In this document: one piece after another, positions 12,781-24,302 of the stretch
How the letters are laid out: the number at the start of each line of letters is the position of its first letter
Numbering within the stretch: position 1 is the stretch's first letter
Assembly: GCF_006345805.1 (NCBI RefSeq)
Contig: NC_042998.1
Coordinates: 84,754,001-84,818,000 of the forward strand
DNA: 64,000 nucleotides
DNA from: Octopus sinensis
Lineage: Eukaryota
Direction of reading: 5' to 3'
Notes under the pieces: model-generated
What the model saw: the letters and a program-made list of their open reading frames with translations, nothing else
The model's database searches: none
What the model was told of the DNA's origin: nothing
Position numbers and translations under genes: made by a program

Positions 12781-13185
12781 ATATATATATATTCGAAGGC
12801 ACTTAGTTGAGTACGTATGTTAATTATCAGTGTTCTCAAATTTAAAATTGAAATACTATACTGAATACGGGAGTGAGTAGAAATATGATTTTACATCTTT
12901 AACCCAGAAACGCGTATATAGTTAATCAAAGCCAGGTGGATTCATTATTTTTTTTCTCTTTACCTTCGTGAGTTGAGAGTATTGCTGTCTGGGAGATATC
13001 TTATGGTAGTGGAATAGTATTTAACTGCTTTTCTAAATTTCGGTATGTGGTGAAGCAATTTTTGCTGAATCCTAATTATAATTATGCTTATAATTATAGA
13101 AATTTTGCATAAGGTTACCGATAATGGTTCTTTTAACATACCGAACTACTTGGTAAAATTATTAATTGATTAATTAATTTTACCC

Positions 13186-13245
13186 TGATTTTAGAACAAA
13201 TTAAATTCATACTGCAAGGTATCACTGTATATATGTTATATATGT

Positions 13246-13276
<31 letters not shown>

Positions 13277-13336
13277 ACATATATAACATATATACAGTGA
13301 TACCTTGCAGTATGAATTTAATTCGTTCTAAAATCA
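13186..13336. repeat. 151-bp near-perfect palindrome centred on (TA)n
   Basis: Left TGATTTTAGAACAAATTAAATTCATACTGCAAGGTATCACTG-TATATATGTTATATATGTTATAT is the reverse complement of right ATATAACATATATAACATATATA-CAGTGATACCTTGCAGTATGAATTTAATTCGTTCTAAAATCA (1 mismatch outside the TA tract). Confidence 0.95.
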
Positions 13337-14770
13337 TGTTTGTTTTACAATTTACTCATTTTACAAATCAGTTTTCCCCATTGTAATTAACTAAAATATA
13401 ATTAATCCATTCTAGCTCCTCAAACTACCCCAAAATTATTTTTCATGGGTTTTAAAATGGAAAAGGTCTAGTTACAAATAAAATGACAATTATGAAAATG
13501 CAAAAGAAATATGTAAACTGGTTATATTAACTGAATTACTTTAAAGATAGGATGATATGTGCATGAGGAAGAAGATAAAGTGAGGAGGAGATTCTCCTTC
13601 CATTAAGACATCTGGTGTTTTCTCTCTCACTTCCCTTAATTTAGGATTTTTGGACACACTTTGTTCATTTTTTACACTTGCGGGTCATTTCATTAGAAAC
13701 ATTCAAGAGAGGTCGGCTTTTTCTTGTCATTTCAAAATGTCACAAGAATGTGCCAGAGCAGTGTCATTAAATAAAGCTGCTTTACAACCTATAGCTACTC
13801 TTTCAGGATGATATTTTTCTACAAATTCAGAAACATACTGCCATTTTGTTGACACTGCCTTTATGTCACTCATAGAGATGTTATTCTCTGCTACACTGCC
13901 AGGCCATTTTGGTGATTTTCAGGCAGTTTACAATGTTGTAGTGTTCCTTTCAAAACTCACAATGGGTTAGATTTGTATTTTTGGTGACTTGAGAGTGCCG
14001 ATGAAACAGGTATTTGGCGTACAATTTCTTAAAATTAGGAATCACCTGTTGGTCCATGGGCTGCAAGATAGGGGTGGTGTTGCATGAAAGGTACATAACT
14101 TTTTATAAATTTAAATTCATCCAGGATATCATATTTGAGGTTAGGAGGGTGAGCAGGAGCATAGTTGAGGATGAGGAGGGTCTTGAGAGGAAGATTGTTC
14201 TCCAGAAGATACTTTTTCACTGTTAGTTTGAAAACAAGGTTGACCCATTCAAAGAAGAATTGCCTGATGACCCAGGTTTTAATATTTACTCTCCACATGA
14301 CCTACAGCTTCTCCTTCAGGATTTTGTGTGACTTGAATGCTTGTGGGTTTTCAGAATGGTATACAAAATATTTTAACTGTGTAATGCTGATCTTGATAGT
14401 ATGATTAACTAATAACTGGAGGTTGTCTCAGGTTTTTGTGACCTTGTCTATTAGGGATTGTATTTTTTTCATTTTTTTTATTAATGTGTCTATAATTACT
14501 TTGTTGAATGTATTGTACTGTAGTTTCTGTGTTGGTGATTGTGGTATTGTTGAATACTGAAAAGCCTTGACACTGTTTCATAGTGAAACTCATTGGTATT
14601 TTTTAAATGTTTTAACTTGCACATCAATGAAATAAATAGGTTATTTATGTGTGTAGAGCAGAATGTAAGAGGGAGAGGTTTTTGTTGCCTTGGTGATGTG
14701 TAATATGTGTTAGTGTGGATTGTTTAAGATATAAAGGGCGTCTAGTTATGAATTTAAGTAATAAATTATG
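13295..14770 (-). mobile_element. Tigger/pogo-family DNA transposon remnant
   Basis: Terminus TA|CAGTGATACCTTG; ORF 14035-14298 MWRVNIKTWVIRQFFFEWVNLVF...KKYLLENNLPLKTLLILNYAPAHP resembles TIGD1/Tigger DDE transposase; far end not resolved. Confidence 0.8.
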
Positions 14771-16599
14771 TTACCTAGCTCCTGTGGAGGGCTAATTGGG
14801 CCTTCAGCCCCAAACTGAAGGGATTGATAATAATGAAACACTTATTAATATTCTACCATCTCAGATTTATATCACAGAGTAATCACATTTGGAGAATTTT
14901 GTATCACTGTGATGTTTGGAGATCACTGTAAAGCTGCAGGATGAACATTCTTGGTTTTACCATTTGGTGTTAGTACGAAGAGATTGTTACCAATTCTAAC
15001 TCTGGGAAAACTAACATAGAGCTGACCATGGGAAAAGCACTGCTGCATGAGGTGAAGTCCAACAATTTAGAGCAATTGTCCTTAACTCTTGTTAATTATA
15101 TTATTGTAGGTGACAGAAAACTTACAAAGTTTTGATATTAAATTCAAAATGTTTTGGTCAGTTTTCTAACACAGAATGTCGCAATTGTTGTTATAGCTAA
15201 GGGAGGTAATTCTTGTAAACCATTTGAAACCTCTTATAGTTACATTACCTGCTAGAAATAGCAGCCAGAATGCTCTTACATCAAATCCCAATACTGGATG
15301 TTCAAGAACAAGATAAAGGTCAGATTTTCAATCTCAGAATTATCCTGATTTCAAAAAAGTATAACATGTCTATGTGGAGTAAATGTAGACTGTGATACAA
15401 AGGTCCCGAACAGACAGAATTTCACTTTTATTTATATAGAAGTTTATGCTTATGAGAGTAAGGTGTTTACTTTTCAATGTATTCCTTGAGAAACTGTGAC
15501 ACTTGCAAAGGAGTTAAGAAAGGTACTTTTTGTTTTTTATTGATATAGTTATTTTTCCTGTAAAACCATCTTTTATTCTGGAGTATTTGTAGATGTTGTT
15601 TGGTGGTGCTTACATGAGTATTTTGTAGACTTTGTATACATCCTTTATAGATGTTTAAGAGCTTGATTCATGCTGCTTCATGGCTACTGCCATTCTTTGA
15701 TGGCAACCATACTGTTAGGAAGAATGTTTCTGTGTGTTGAGTGCACATTGTTCAACATTGCTTATATAACTAGTTTTTAAATGGAAATATTGTACAGCAT
15801 GCAGTCTCCTATACAGAACCCTTCAGACCAAGCTTGTATCAGAATTTGAAATCTTTTGATTTTGAGAATAGTAGAAAAATATATTTATAGGATATATCTT
15901 CAAGGTTACCTGGAATAACCTAGCCTCAACCCTTGCCCATCTATAAAAACAAAATTCTGATTTCTATATGTCTCTATTATAGGTTGAAATTAAGTTTTGA
16001 GCCCATAGAGATACCAATACAGTGTATTGATAAGTCTAGTTTAATAGGGCTTGTTGATGTTTTTACTAATTTAGTATAATTATGAGGAAAATATCACTGA
16101 TTAGCTTAGGATGATATAAAAATACAAATAATAATAAAACAGTTACATACCAACTGCCTAGTGAATATATTGCAAGATATTGTTCATTTGCATTATGAAT
16201 ATTCACACCTAATTGAATAAATAATGACTTTAAATGATGTTATTGTTATCTGTATTGTAATAAACTGGCAAATGAAGTGGAATAAAGCTAGAAGTTTTTA
16301 TTTCAAAGTAAAACATTCAGGTCTGATGTGCAGACAGCTTACATGATTTTTCAGTTTGCAGCATTTTGAATAAAAGATTGTTTATCTGTATGTATAGAAG
16401 TGCTGGCTGCCATTTTTTGCAAGTTGAATAACTGAATAGAGTTATCTTGTGGTCAATCAAATATCATAAGAATATATTACTTCCAATTAGTGGTATCATC
16501 ATCTACTTCAAAGTCAAAAGAGATGTTTTCAATAGAAGCATCTACTGCATTATCACACTGATAGACCAAGTTCAACAGAAAGAGCTACAACTAATTATG

Positions 16600-17510
16600 A
16601 AGATAAGCTTGTATGAAAAGTAGTTTGAGTTTGTATCAGGATGGAACTCTATTGATGCTGTCTTCCTGATGTGGAGTTTTCATTTTAGGAAAACCAGTTA
16701 TTCAAGAGCAAGCCATTCTCTCTAGCATTTGTTGATGTGGAGATCACCTTTGATAGGATATCCTGCTCTGTAATCAGGTGGTTGGTAAAAAGATAAGGAG
16801 TAAAAGAATGGTTTTTGAAAGTGGTGTAAAATTATACAGAGATCTTGTGACAGTTAGCAATGAGTTCAGTGAGTAAGTTACCACACAGCTTGATATTATC
16901 GAGACTCAGTTCTCTATCCTCTCCTATTTAGTATATATAGGTCACCAGGCCATATGAAAGAAGTTTCAGACTAACTGTCCATCAAAAAATATCTATATGC
17001 CCAAAAATTTTGATCTCACAGCTACATCTGTTGAAGAGATAAGTTTCAAATATGGTAGCAAATCAAGTGGCCAAAAATCGTAGCAAAGAGAAAAGTTTTA
17101 GTTAGAAAGTAAAAAACATAAAACAGTATTGCTATTGGAAGGCAACCATGCTGAATATGCAGAAAAATAAATAAGATTTCTGTACTGTGTACATACATAA
17201 TGCAAACCATATATGTGCAAGAGATACAGTAGTATCATAGGCAAGGTCAAAGAGAAAACATAGTGTGCAAGAGAGAAGCTGCAAAAGTAAAGATGTGATG
17301 TGTATGAGAGATGACAGTTGTGTAAAGCAGTGTCGAGTGATTCAAGTGGAAAGAACTATGCTGAGGTTATACAAGCTAATCTCAGAAGTTCAACTTAAGA
17401 AAGATGACAAAGGACTGCAGTAAATGTGGAGATATTGTGCAAGAGACTTGTCCAACAGATGCAAATATGGAAGAACAGACATAAAATGATGATGATGATG
17501 ATGATGATGG
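16600..17510 (+). mobile_element. Highly degenerate RTE LINE RT remnant
   Basis: Decayed motifs corresponding to STIDAVF, AFVD(L)EKAFDR and SVLSPLLF; ends in a (GAT)n tract at ~17487-17510. Confidence 0.55.
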
Positions 17511-17957
17511 TAGTTTACCTGTAACTGCACCAGCAATGATAATGATCATGAAATGTAATCAAAGAGGTATATGTGTAATGCTTGCACATATGCCTCTTGT
17601 AAAGTCTTGAAGAGAACTTTATGAAATCTGTATAAATAAATGCAATACATTTTAAAATTTAAATTACAGATATCTTACATTAATTTATTTCAGCTAGTGT
17701 AACACGATGCCACTGTTCTCAAGATTATTTTGTATAATAAGATAAATGTTGAAAATTTATAGTAAAAACTAAACAGAATATCTTTTGAACCTCAAAATTA
17801 AATTTCTTGTATGTAATCATTATTATTGAAAATGTTACACTGTTCAAATCATTCTTGTTGTCTAATTGTACAATAATGTAAAAATTAAAACTGCAGGTTT
17901 CTCCAATGACACAGTGAAGACATAATATTGAACAATATTTTATTTGATTTCTTTCAG

Positions 17958-18224
17958 CTCCATTGCCACCAACTAATGTGCTTAAACACAGTATTACAAC
18001 AAATAGTGCTAACATCACATGGAGTTTTAACAAGACATTATCACAAGGAAGTGAATGGTTAATTAAATATAAAACAGATTCTCACCCGTACAAAAACAAA
18101 ATAAGCGATAAGCAAAGCATTGAATTAACATCATTAGTTGATGGTGAGAAATATGAGGTAAAAATATGGACCCGTTCTAATATGGTATACAGTGAATCAC
18201 CTGCCACTGGTAGTTTCGTAACTT
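17958..18224 (+). CDS. RPTP exon A2: complete FN3 (phase 1-1, 267 nt)
   Basis: ctttcag|CT CCA TTG...ACT T|gtaagt; PPLPPTNVLKHSITTNSANITWSF...LVDGEKYEVKIWTRSNMVYSESPATGSFVT. Confidence 0.92.
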
Positions 18225-18994
18225 GTAAGTATTTGAAATGAATCTTCCTTAGACATTTACAAACTATACAGAACATCAATTGTTTTTATTATGTAATGAC
18301 TTTAACTTGGAATATTTTAACTTGATCAGAAATATTGGTATTTCTTTTAGTTATGACCCATAAACTGTGTTGCTGGTCTACTAATATACTAATTCTTTCT
18401 GTTTTTGCTCCTTGTAACAATATCTTTAACCAGTTCTGGTATTGTAAAATTTCATAAAATATCTGAAGAACAGCCATGGTCAAACTGTAGGCCTGTGGGG
18501 CTTTCTGAATGGTTCCCCAAGAAAAAATTACTATGAATTTTATTAGTAGAGTGGTTTGCTTCATGCTGAATCATGTCTCATGCAGTTCAGTTTTTTGAAA
18601 AATGTTGCCTATGACTGGTTTAAAACTAGAAAATAAGCTATTCATTGTTCGTCCCTTATTAATTATCATGGTATCTGTCAATAATTGTTTCTCTTTCAGT
18701 AGTTAAATTGCAGCTATATTAGAGCTGGAAGATTTCATTTCTGATGTGAAAAATTCAGTATTGTGTTATATATAAACTGTTTAAATAGAGAAGCAGTTGG
18801 ACTCCTCCACCTTGTTATCATCTTCCTCCTCTCCCTCCATCTTCTTCATTGTCTTCTTCTTCATTGTTGTGCCACCACCACTACCACCATCACTCTTGGA
18901 TCTAACAGTTACAGGTCCAAGGGTAGTGCCTTTCCACTTTACTAGATGTTCTGGGTGCTTATCTTGCATTTCAGTTTGGGGTTTTAAATTTTTA

Positions 18995-20041
18995 TCAGGC
19001 TGAGTAAAAAGTAAGCAACACTTTGAAACATGAAATTCATCACAATATATTTCAACAATACAGAAATTTCATTCAACGAAGTAAGTACCACTACAGCGAA
19101 CATTAGTGAAATGTGTGGTCAAGCATTGTCATGAAGAATGATTGGCCCTCTTCTGTTGACCAGTCTGGGATAGAGTAGTAGCAGTTTTTCATTCATTTTG
19201 GCAATTTAATGGCAATATGTTGCTGTTGTAATGGTTTTTCTGGGTTTTAAGAAGTTATAGTGGATGACTCCAGCAAGACACCACTAAACAGTCATCATAC
19301 CCTCTTTTTGAAGAGCTCAGGTTTAGGGAAGGTTTTCTGTGCTTCTTTTTGGTCCAACCACTTCGAAGGACATTTTTTATTATTGTACAGAATCCATTTT
19401 TCATTGCAAGTTACAATACAGTGGAGAAATGGATCGGTCTGGTTATGTAGAAGCAATGAACAAATTTCATATCTGTGCATTTTCTAATTTTCATTCAAAT
19501 TGTGTGGTGCTCTTTTGTCAAGCTTTTTTGATTCTCCATTTACATGCAAATGGTGGCAGGCAATTTTCTGGCTAACTTGAAGTTCTTTTGCCAGTTCTCA
19601 AATGGTTTTACATGGATCTTTCTCAATGACTGTCTTTAATTGACTGTCATCGATGATGGATAGGCATCCGCTACGCTCACGATCTTCAAGGCTCAGGTCT
19701 CCACTGTAAAATCCTTTAAACCATTTTCAAGCTGACCACTCAATGGTCATTTCCTCACCAAATGTTTCGTTGATATTGCAAGCAGTTTCAGCTGCTTTAC
19801 GTCCTTTTTTGAAGTTGAGTAACAAAATTGCTCAAATGTCACGCTTTGACAGTTTCATTTCGGATGATGGAAACAACAGAGAAAAAAATATCAATGGTAA
19901 TTTATTGATGCATTTGGGCAAGTCTATGTCTGTATTATCAAACTATTGTAAAAAAATGTTTAATAAAAATTCAAAACACAGCAAAAATTCGGTACAAATT
20001 CTTCATGGTTCAAAACGTTGCTTACTTTTAACTCAACCTGA
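18995..20041 (-). mobile_element. Mariner (DD34D-type) transposon, defective, 40-bp TIRs
   Basis: Left TCAGGCTGAGTAAAAAGTAAGCAACACTTTGAAACATGAA vs right (reverse complement) TCAGGTTGAGTTAAAAGTAAGCAACGTTTTGAACCATGAA; transposase remnant FLHCIVTCNEKWILYNN at 19295-19480. Confidence 0.9.
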
Positions 20042-20320
20042 ATAAAAATGTGTCTTCCCAAACACCAACCACTTTACTAGATGTTCTGGGTGCCTATCTT
20101 GCATTTCAGTTTTGGGTTTTAGATTTTTACTTGGAAGCATGCAGTTCTATGTCAAGCTATAATCTGAACTACTGCAAAGTGATTGAAAGTATAATTTCTG
20201 TTTCATTAAATTGACTTTTTAATGTTATAAAACATTATTACAGATTATATGATTTAACATTACTTTATTAACATTTTCTACACGTAATAAATGCATATAC
20301 AACTCTTTATTTATTTCTAG

Positions 20321-20349
20321 TACCTAAAGCTCTTTCTGAAGCTACAATT
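20321..20349 (+). pseudogene. Truncated copy of exon B (intact acceptor plus first 29 nt)
   Basis: ttatttctag|TACCTAAAGCTCTTTCTGAAGCTACAATT, then an abrupt switch to intron sequence GTTAATTATCATGG; 20057-20349 duplicates 20626-20918 (569-bp offset). Confidence 0.85.
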
Positions 20350-20889
20350 GTTAATTATCATGGTATCTGTCAATAATTGTTTCTCTTTCAGTAGTTAAAT
20401 TGCAGCTATATTAGAGCTGGAAGATTTCCTTTTTGATGCGATAAATTCAGTATTGTGTTATATATAATCTGTTTAAATAGAGAAGCAGTTGGACTCTTGC
20501 ACCTTGTTGTCATCCTCCTCGTATTCCTCCACCTTTTGTCTTCTTCTTCACTGCCTTCATAAACACACACCCTCACAACCACTACCACCACCACTCCTGG
20601 ATCGAACAGGTCCAAAGGCTGCCTTTCCAAACACCAACCACTTTACTAGATGTTCTGGGTGCCTATCTTGCATTTCAGTTTTGGGTTTTAGATTTTTACT
20701 TGGAAGCATGCAGTTCTATGTCCAGCTATAATCTGAACTACTGCAAAGTGATTGAAAGTATAATTTCTGTTTCATTAAATTGACTTTTTAATGTTATAAA
20801 ACATTATTACAGATTATATGATTTAACATTACTTTATTAACATTTTCTACACGTAATAAATGCATATACAACTCTTTATTTATTTCTAG

Positions 20890-21013
20890 TACCTGAAGCT
20901 CTTTCTGAAGCTACAATTATATCTACAGGAAAAAATATTACAGTTACGTGGAGTCAACGTAAACATTTTACATATACAATTTGTCTAACCAATATAAGCC
21001 GTTGTTCTGAAAA
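20890..21013 (+). CDS. RPTP exon B2 (phase 1-2, 124 nt)
   Basis: tttctag|TA CCT...GAA AA|gtaagt; LPEALSEATIISTGKNITVTWSQRKHFTYTICLTNISRCSE(K). Confidence 0.9.
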
Positions 21014-21297
21014 GTAAGTTTATTACAATATTGATTAATTTTTTTTTTTTTGATAATGCAATTGATTTACCAAACAGTAATAGATAACTTGTGTAAATTG
21101 TATTTTTCTTATTATCCAGAAGAGGACGTATTTGTGTGTTAGATTTAGTTGTGTTTCAGTACATATTTTAAGAAAATATTTTAGATTTGGACATTGTCTC
21201 TTAATATTAACCAGTATAGGTGAGGTACTTATAATATTTCAACTTGAGTGTGTGTTGTGTTCAATACATGTAAACTATTAATCTTCTATTTTTGTAG

Positions 21298-21416
21298 TCA
21301 AATTGCAAATACATCCACATTCAATAACCTGACACCTGGAATGAATTATACTGTATCTATTGTTGTTCATGCTTATGGGAAGAACAGCAGTGCATATAGA
21401 GACTCTGTAGTAGTCC
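21298..21416 (+). CDS. RPTP exon C2 (phase 2-1, 119 nt)
   Basis: tttgtag|T CAA ATT...GTC C|gtaagt; NQIANTSTFNNLTPGMNYTVSIVVHAYGKNSSAYRDSVVV. Confidence 0.9.
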
Positions 21417-21854
21417 GTAAGTTTTTTACACATGTTAATAGATTAATAAATATTAATAGATTTGATTTGTTTGTATATTGATATACCCTTGTTTGAATAA
21501 TGATATGCCTGTCTTGTTTTCTCATTTTAGATAATTTTTTTTAATACAAATAGCTTATATAAATCTATTTCAGCTAGTGTAACACAATGCCACTAGTACC
21601 ATTGTTCTCAGGATTATTTTGTATAATAATAAGATAAATGTTGGAAATTTATGATAAAAGCTAAACAGAAAATATCTTTTGTACCTCAAAATTAAATTTC
21701 TTGTATGTAATCATTATTATTGAAAATGATGTTACACTGTTCAAATCATTCTTGTTGTCTAATTGTACAATAATGTAAAAATTAAAATGGCAGGTTTCTC
21801 CAATGACACAGTGAAGACATAATATTGAACAATATTTTATTTGATTTCTTTCAG

Positions 21855-22121
21855 CTCCATTGCCACCAACTAATGTGCTTGAACACAGTACTACAACAGA
21901 TAGTGCTAACATCACATGGAGTTTTAACAAGACATTATCACAAGGAAGTGAATGGTTAATTCAATATAAAAATGATTCTCACTCGTACAAAAACGAAACA
22001 AGCGATAAGCAAAGGATTGAATTAACATCATTAGATGATGGTGAGAAATATGAGGTAAAAATATGGACCCGTTCTTATATGGTATACAGTGAATCACCTG
22101 CCACTGGTAGTTTCGTAACTT
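21855..22121 (+). CDS. RPTP exon A3: complete FN3 (phase 1-1, 267 nt)
   Basis: tttcag|CT CCA...ACT T|gtaagt; paralog of A2 (ORF 21860-22138). Confidence 0.92.
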
Positions 22122-23092
22122 GTAAGTATTTGAAATGAATCTTCCTTAGACATTTACAAACTATACAGAACATCAATTGTTTTTAATGTGTAATGACTTT
22201 AACTTGGAATATTTTAACTTGATCAGAAATATTGGAATTTCTTTTAGTTATGACCCATAAACTGTGTTGCTGGTCTACAAATATACTAATTCTTTCTGTT
22301 TTTGCTCCTTGTAACGATATCTTTAACCAGTTCTGGTATTGTAAAATTTCATAAAATATCTGAAGAACAGCCATGGTCAAACTATGACCCTGTGGGGCTT
22401 TCTGAATGGTTCCCCAAGAAAAAATTACCATGAATTTTATTAGTAGAGTGGCTTGCTTCATGCTGAATCATGTCTCATGCAGTTCAGTTTTTTGAAAAAT
22501 GTTGCCTATGACTGGTTTAAAACTAGAAAATAAGCCATTCATTGTTCATCCCTTGTTAATTATCATGGTATCTGTCAATAATTGTTTCTCTTTCAGTAGT
22601 TAAATTGCAGCTATATTAGAGCTGGAAGATTTCCTTTTTGATGCGATAAATTCAGTATTGTTATATATAATCTGTTTAAATAGAGAAGCAGTTGGACTCT
22701 TGCACCTTGTTGTCATCCTCCTCGTATTCCTTCACCTTTTGTCTTCTTCTTCACTGCCTTCATAAACACACACCCTCACAACCACTACCACCACCACTCC
22801 TGGATCGAACAGGTCCAAAGGCTGCCTTTCCAAACACCAACCACTTTACTAGATGTTCTGGGTGCCTATCTTGCATTTCAATTTTGGGTTTTAGATTTTT
22901 ACTTGGAAGCATGCAGTTCTATGTCAAGCTATAATCTGAACTACTGCAAAGTGATTGAAAGTATAATTTCTGTTTCATTAAATTGACTTTTTAATGTTAT
23001 AAAACATTATTACAGATTATATGATTTAACATTACTTTATTAACATTTTCTACACGTAATAAATGCATATACAACTCTTTATTTATTTCTAG

Positions 23093-23216
23093 TACCTGAA
23101 GCTCTTTCTGAAGCTACAATTATATCTACAGGAAAAAATATTACAGTTACGTGGAGTCAACGTAAACATTTTACATATACAATTTGTCTAACCAATATAA
23201 GCCGTTGTTCTGAAAA
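23093..23216 (+). CDS. RPTP exon B3 (identical to B2)
   Basis: tttctag|TA CCT...GAA AA|gtaagt; same 124 nt as 20890-21013. Confidence 0.88.
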
Positions 23217-23500
23217 GTAAGTTTATTACAATATTGATTAATTTTTTTTTTTTTGATAATGCAATTGATTTACCAAACAGTAAGAGATAACTTGTGTAAA
23301 TTGTATTTTTCTTATTATCCAGAAGAGGACGTATTTGTGTGTTAGATTTAGTTGTGTTTCAGTACATATTTTAAGAAAATATTTTAGATTTGGACATTGT
23401 CTCTTAATATTAACCAGTATAGGTGAGGTACTTATAATATTTCAACTTGAGTGTGTGTTGTGTTCAATACATGTAAACTATTAATCTTCTATTTTTGTAG

Positions 23501-23619
23501 TCAAACTGCAAATACATCCACATTCAATAACCTGACACCTGGAATGAATTATACTGTATCTATTGTTGTTCATGCTTATGGGAAGAACAGCAGTGCATAT
23601 AGAGACTCTGTAGTAGTCT
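23501..23619 (+). CDS. RPTP exon C3 (phase 2-1, 119 nt)
   Basis: tttgtag|T CAA ACT...GTC T|gtaagt; differs from C2 at 2 nt (I>T and junction codon P>S). Confidence 0.88.
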
Positions 23620-24035
23620 GTAAGTTTTTTTTACACATGTTAATATTAATAGATTTGATTTGTTTGTATATTGATATACCCTTGTTTGAATAGTTATATG
23701 CCTATCTTGTTTTCTCATTTTAGATAATTTTTTTAATACAAATATCTATTTCAGTTAGTGTAACACAATGCCTCTAGTACCATTGTTCTCAGGATTATTT
23801 TGTATAATAATAAGATAAATGTTAGAAATTTATGATAAAGGCTAAACAGAAAATATCTTTTGAACCTCAAAATTAAATTTCTTGTATGTAATCATTATTA
23901 TTGAAAATGATGTTACACTGTTCAAATCATTCTTGTTGTCTAATTGTACAATAATGTAAAAATTAAAATGGCAGGTTTCTCCAATGACACAGTGAAGACA
24001 TAATATTGAACAATATTTTATTTGATTTCTTTCAG

Positions 24036-24302
24036 CTCCATTGCCACCAACTAATGTGCTTAAACACAGTATTACAACAAATAGTGCTAACATCACATGG
24101 AGTTTTAACAAGACATTATCACAAGGAAGTAAATGGTTAATTCAATATAAAAGGGATTCTCACCCATACAAAAACAGAACAAGCAATAAGCAAAGCATTG
24201 AATTAACATCATTAGATGATGGTGAGAAATATGAGGTAAAAATATGGACCCGTTCTTATATGGTATACAGTGAATCACCTGCCACTGATAGTTTTGTAAC
24301 TT
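24036..24302 (+). CDS. RPTP exon A4: complete FN3 (phase 1-1, 267 nt)
   Basis: tttcag|CT CCA...ACT T|gtaagt; ORF 24041-24319. Confidence 0.92.

Noticed and set aside
17725-24111. Three minus-strand ORFs beginning MLKLHVMLAL(F/S)VV(I/V)LC.STLVGG with Cys-rich continuation, resembling secreted peptide or toxin precursors
   Set aside because: They are the antisense shadow of exons A2-A4 and their acceptors; they repeat only because the cassette is duplicated, and the + frame has the FN3 signature and splice sites.
17958-24302. Apparent excess of A/G differences between A paralogs (8 of 18 variable sites), mimicking A-to-I recoding
   Set aside because: Compatible with ordinary transition bias in a small sample. 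Noted only as a caution: mis-mapped RNA-seq reads here would generate false editing calls.
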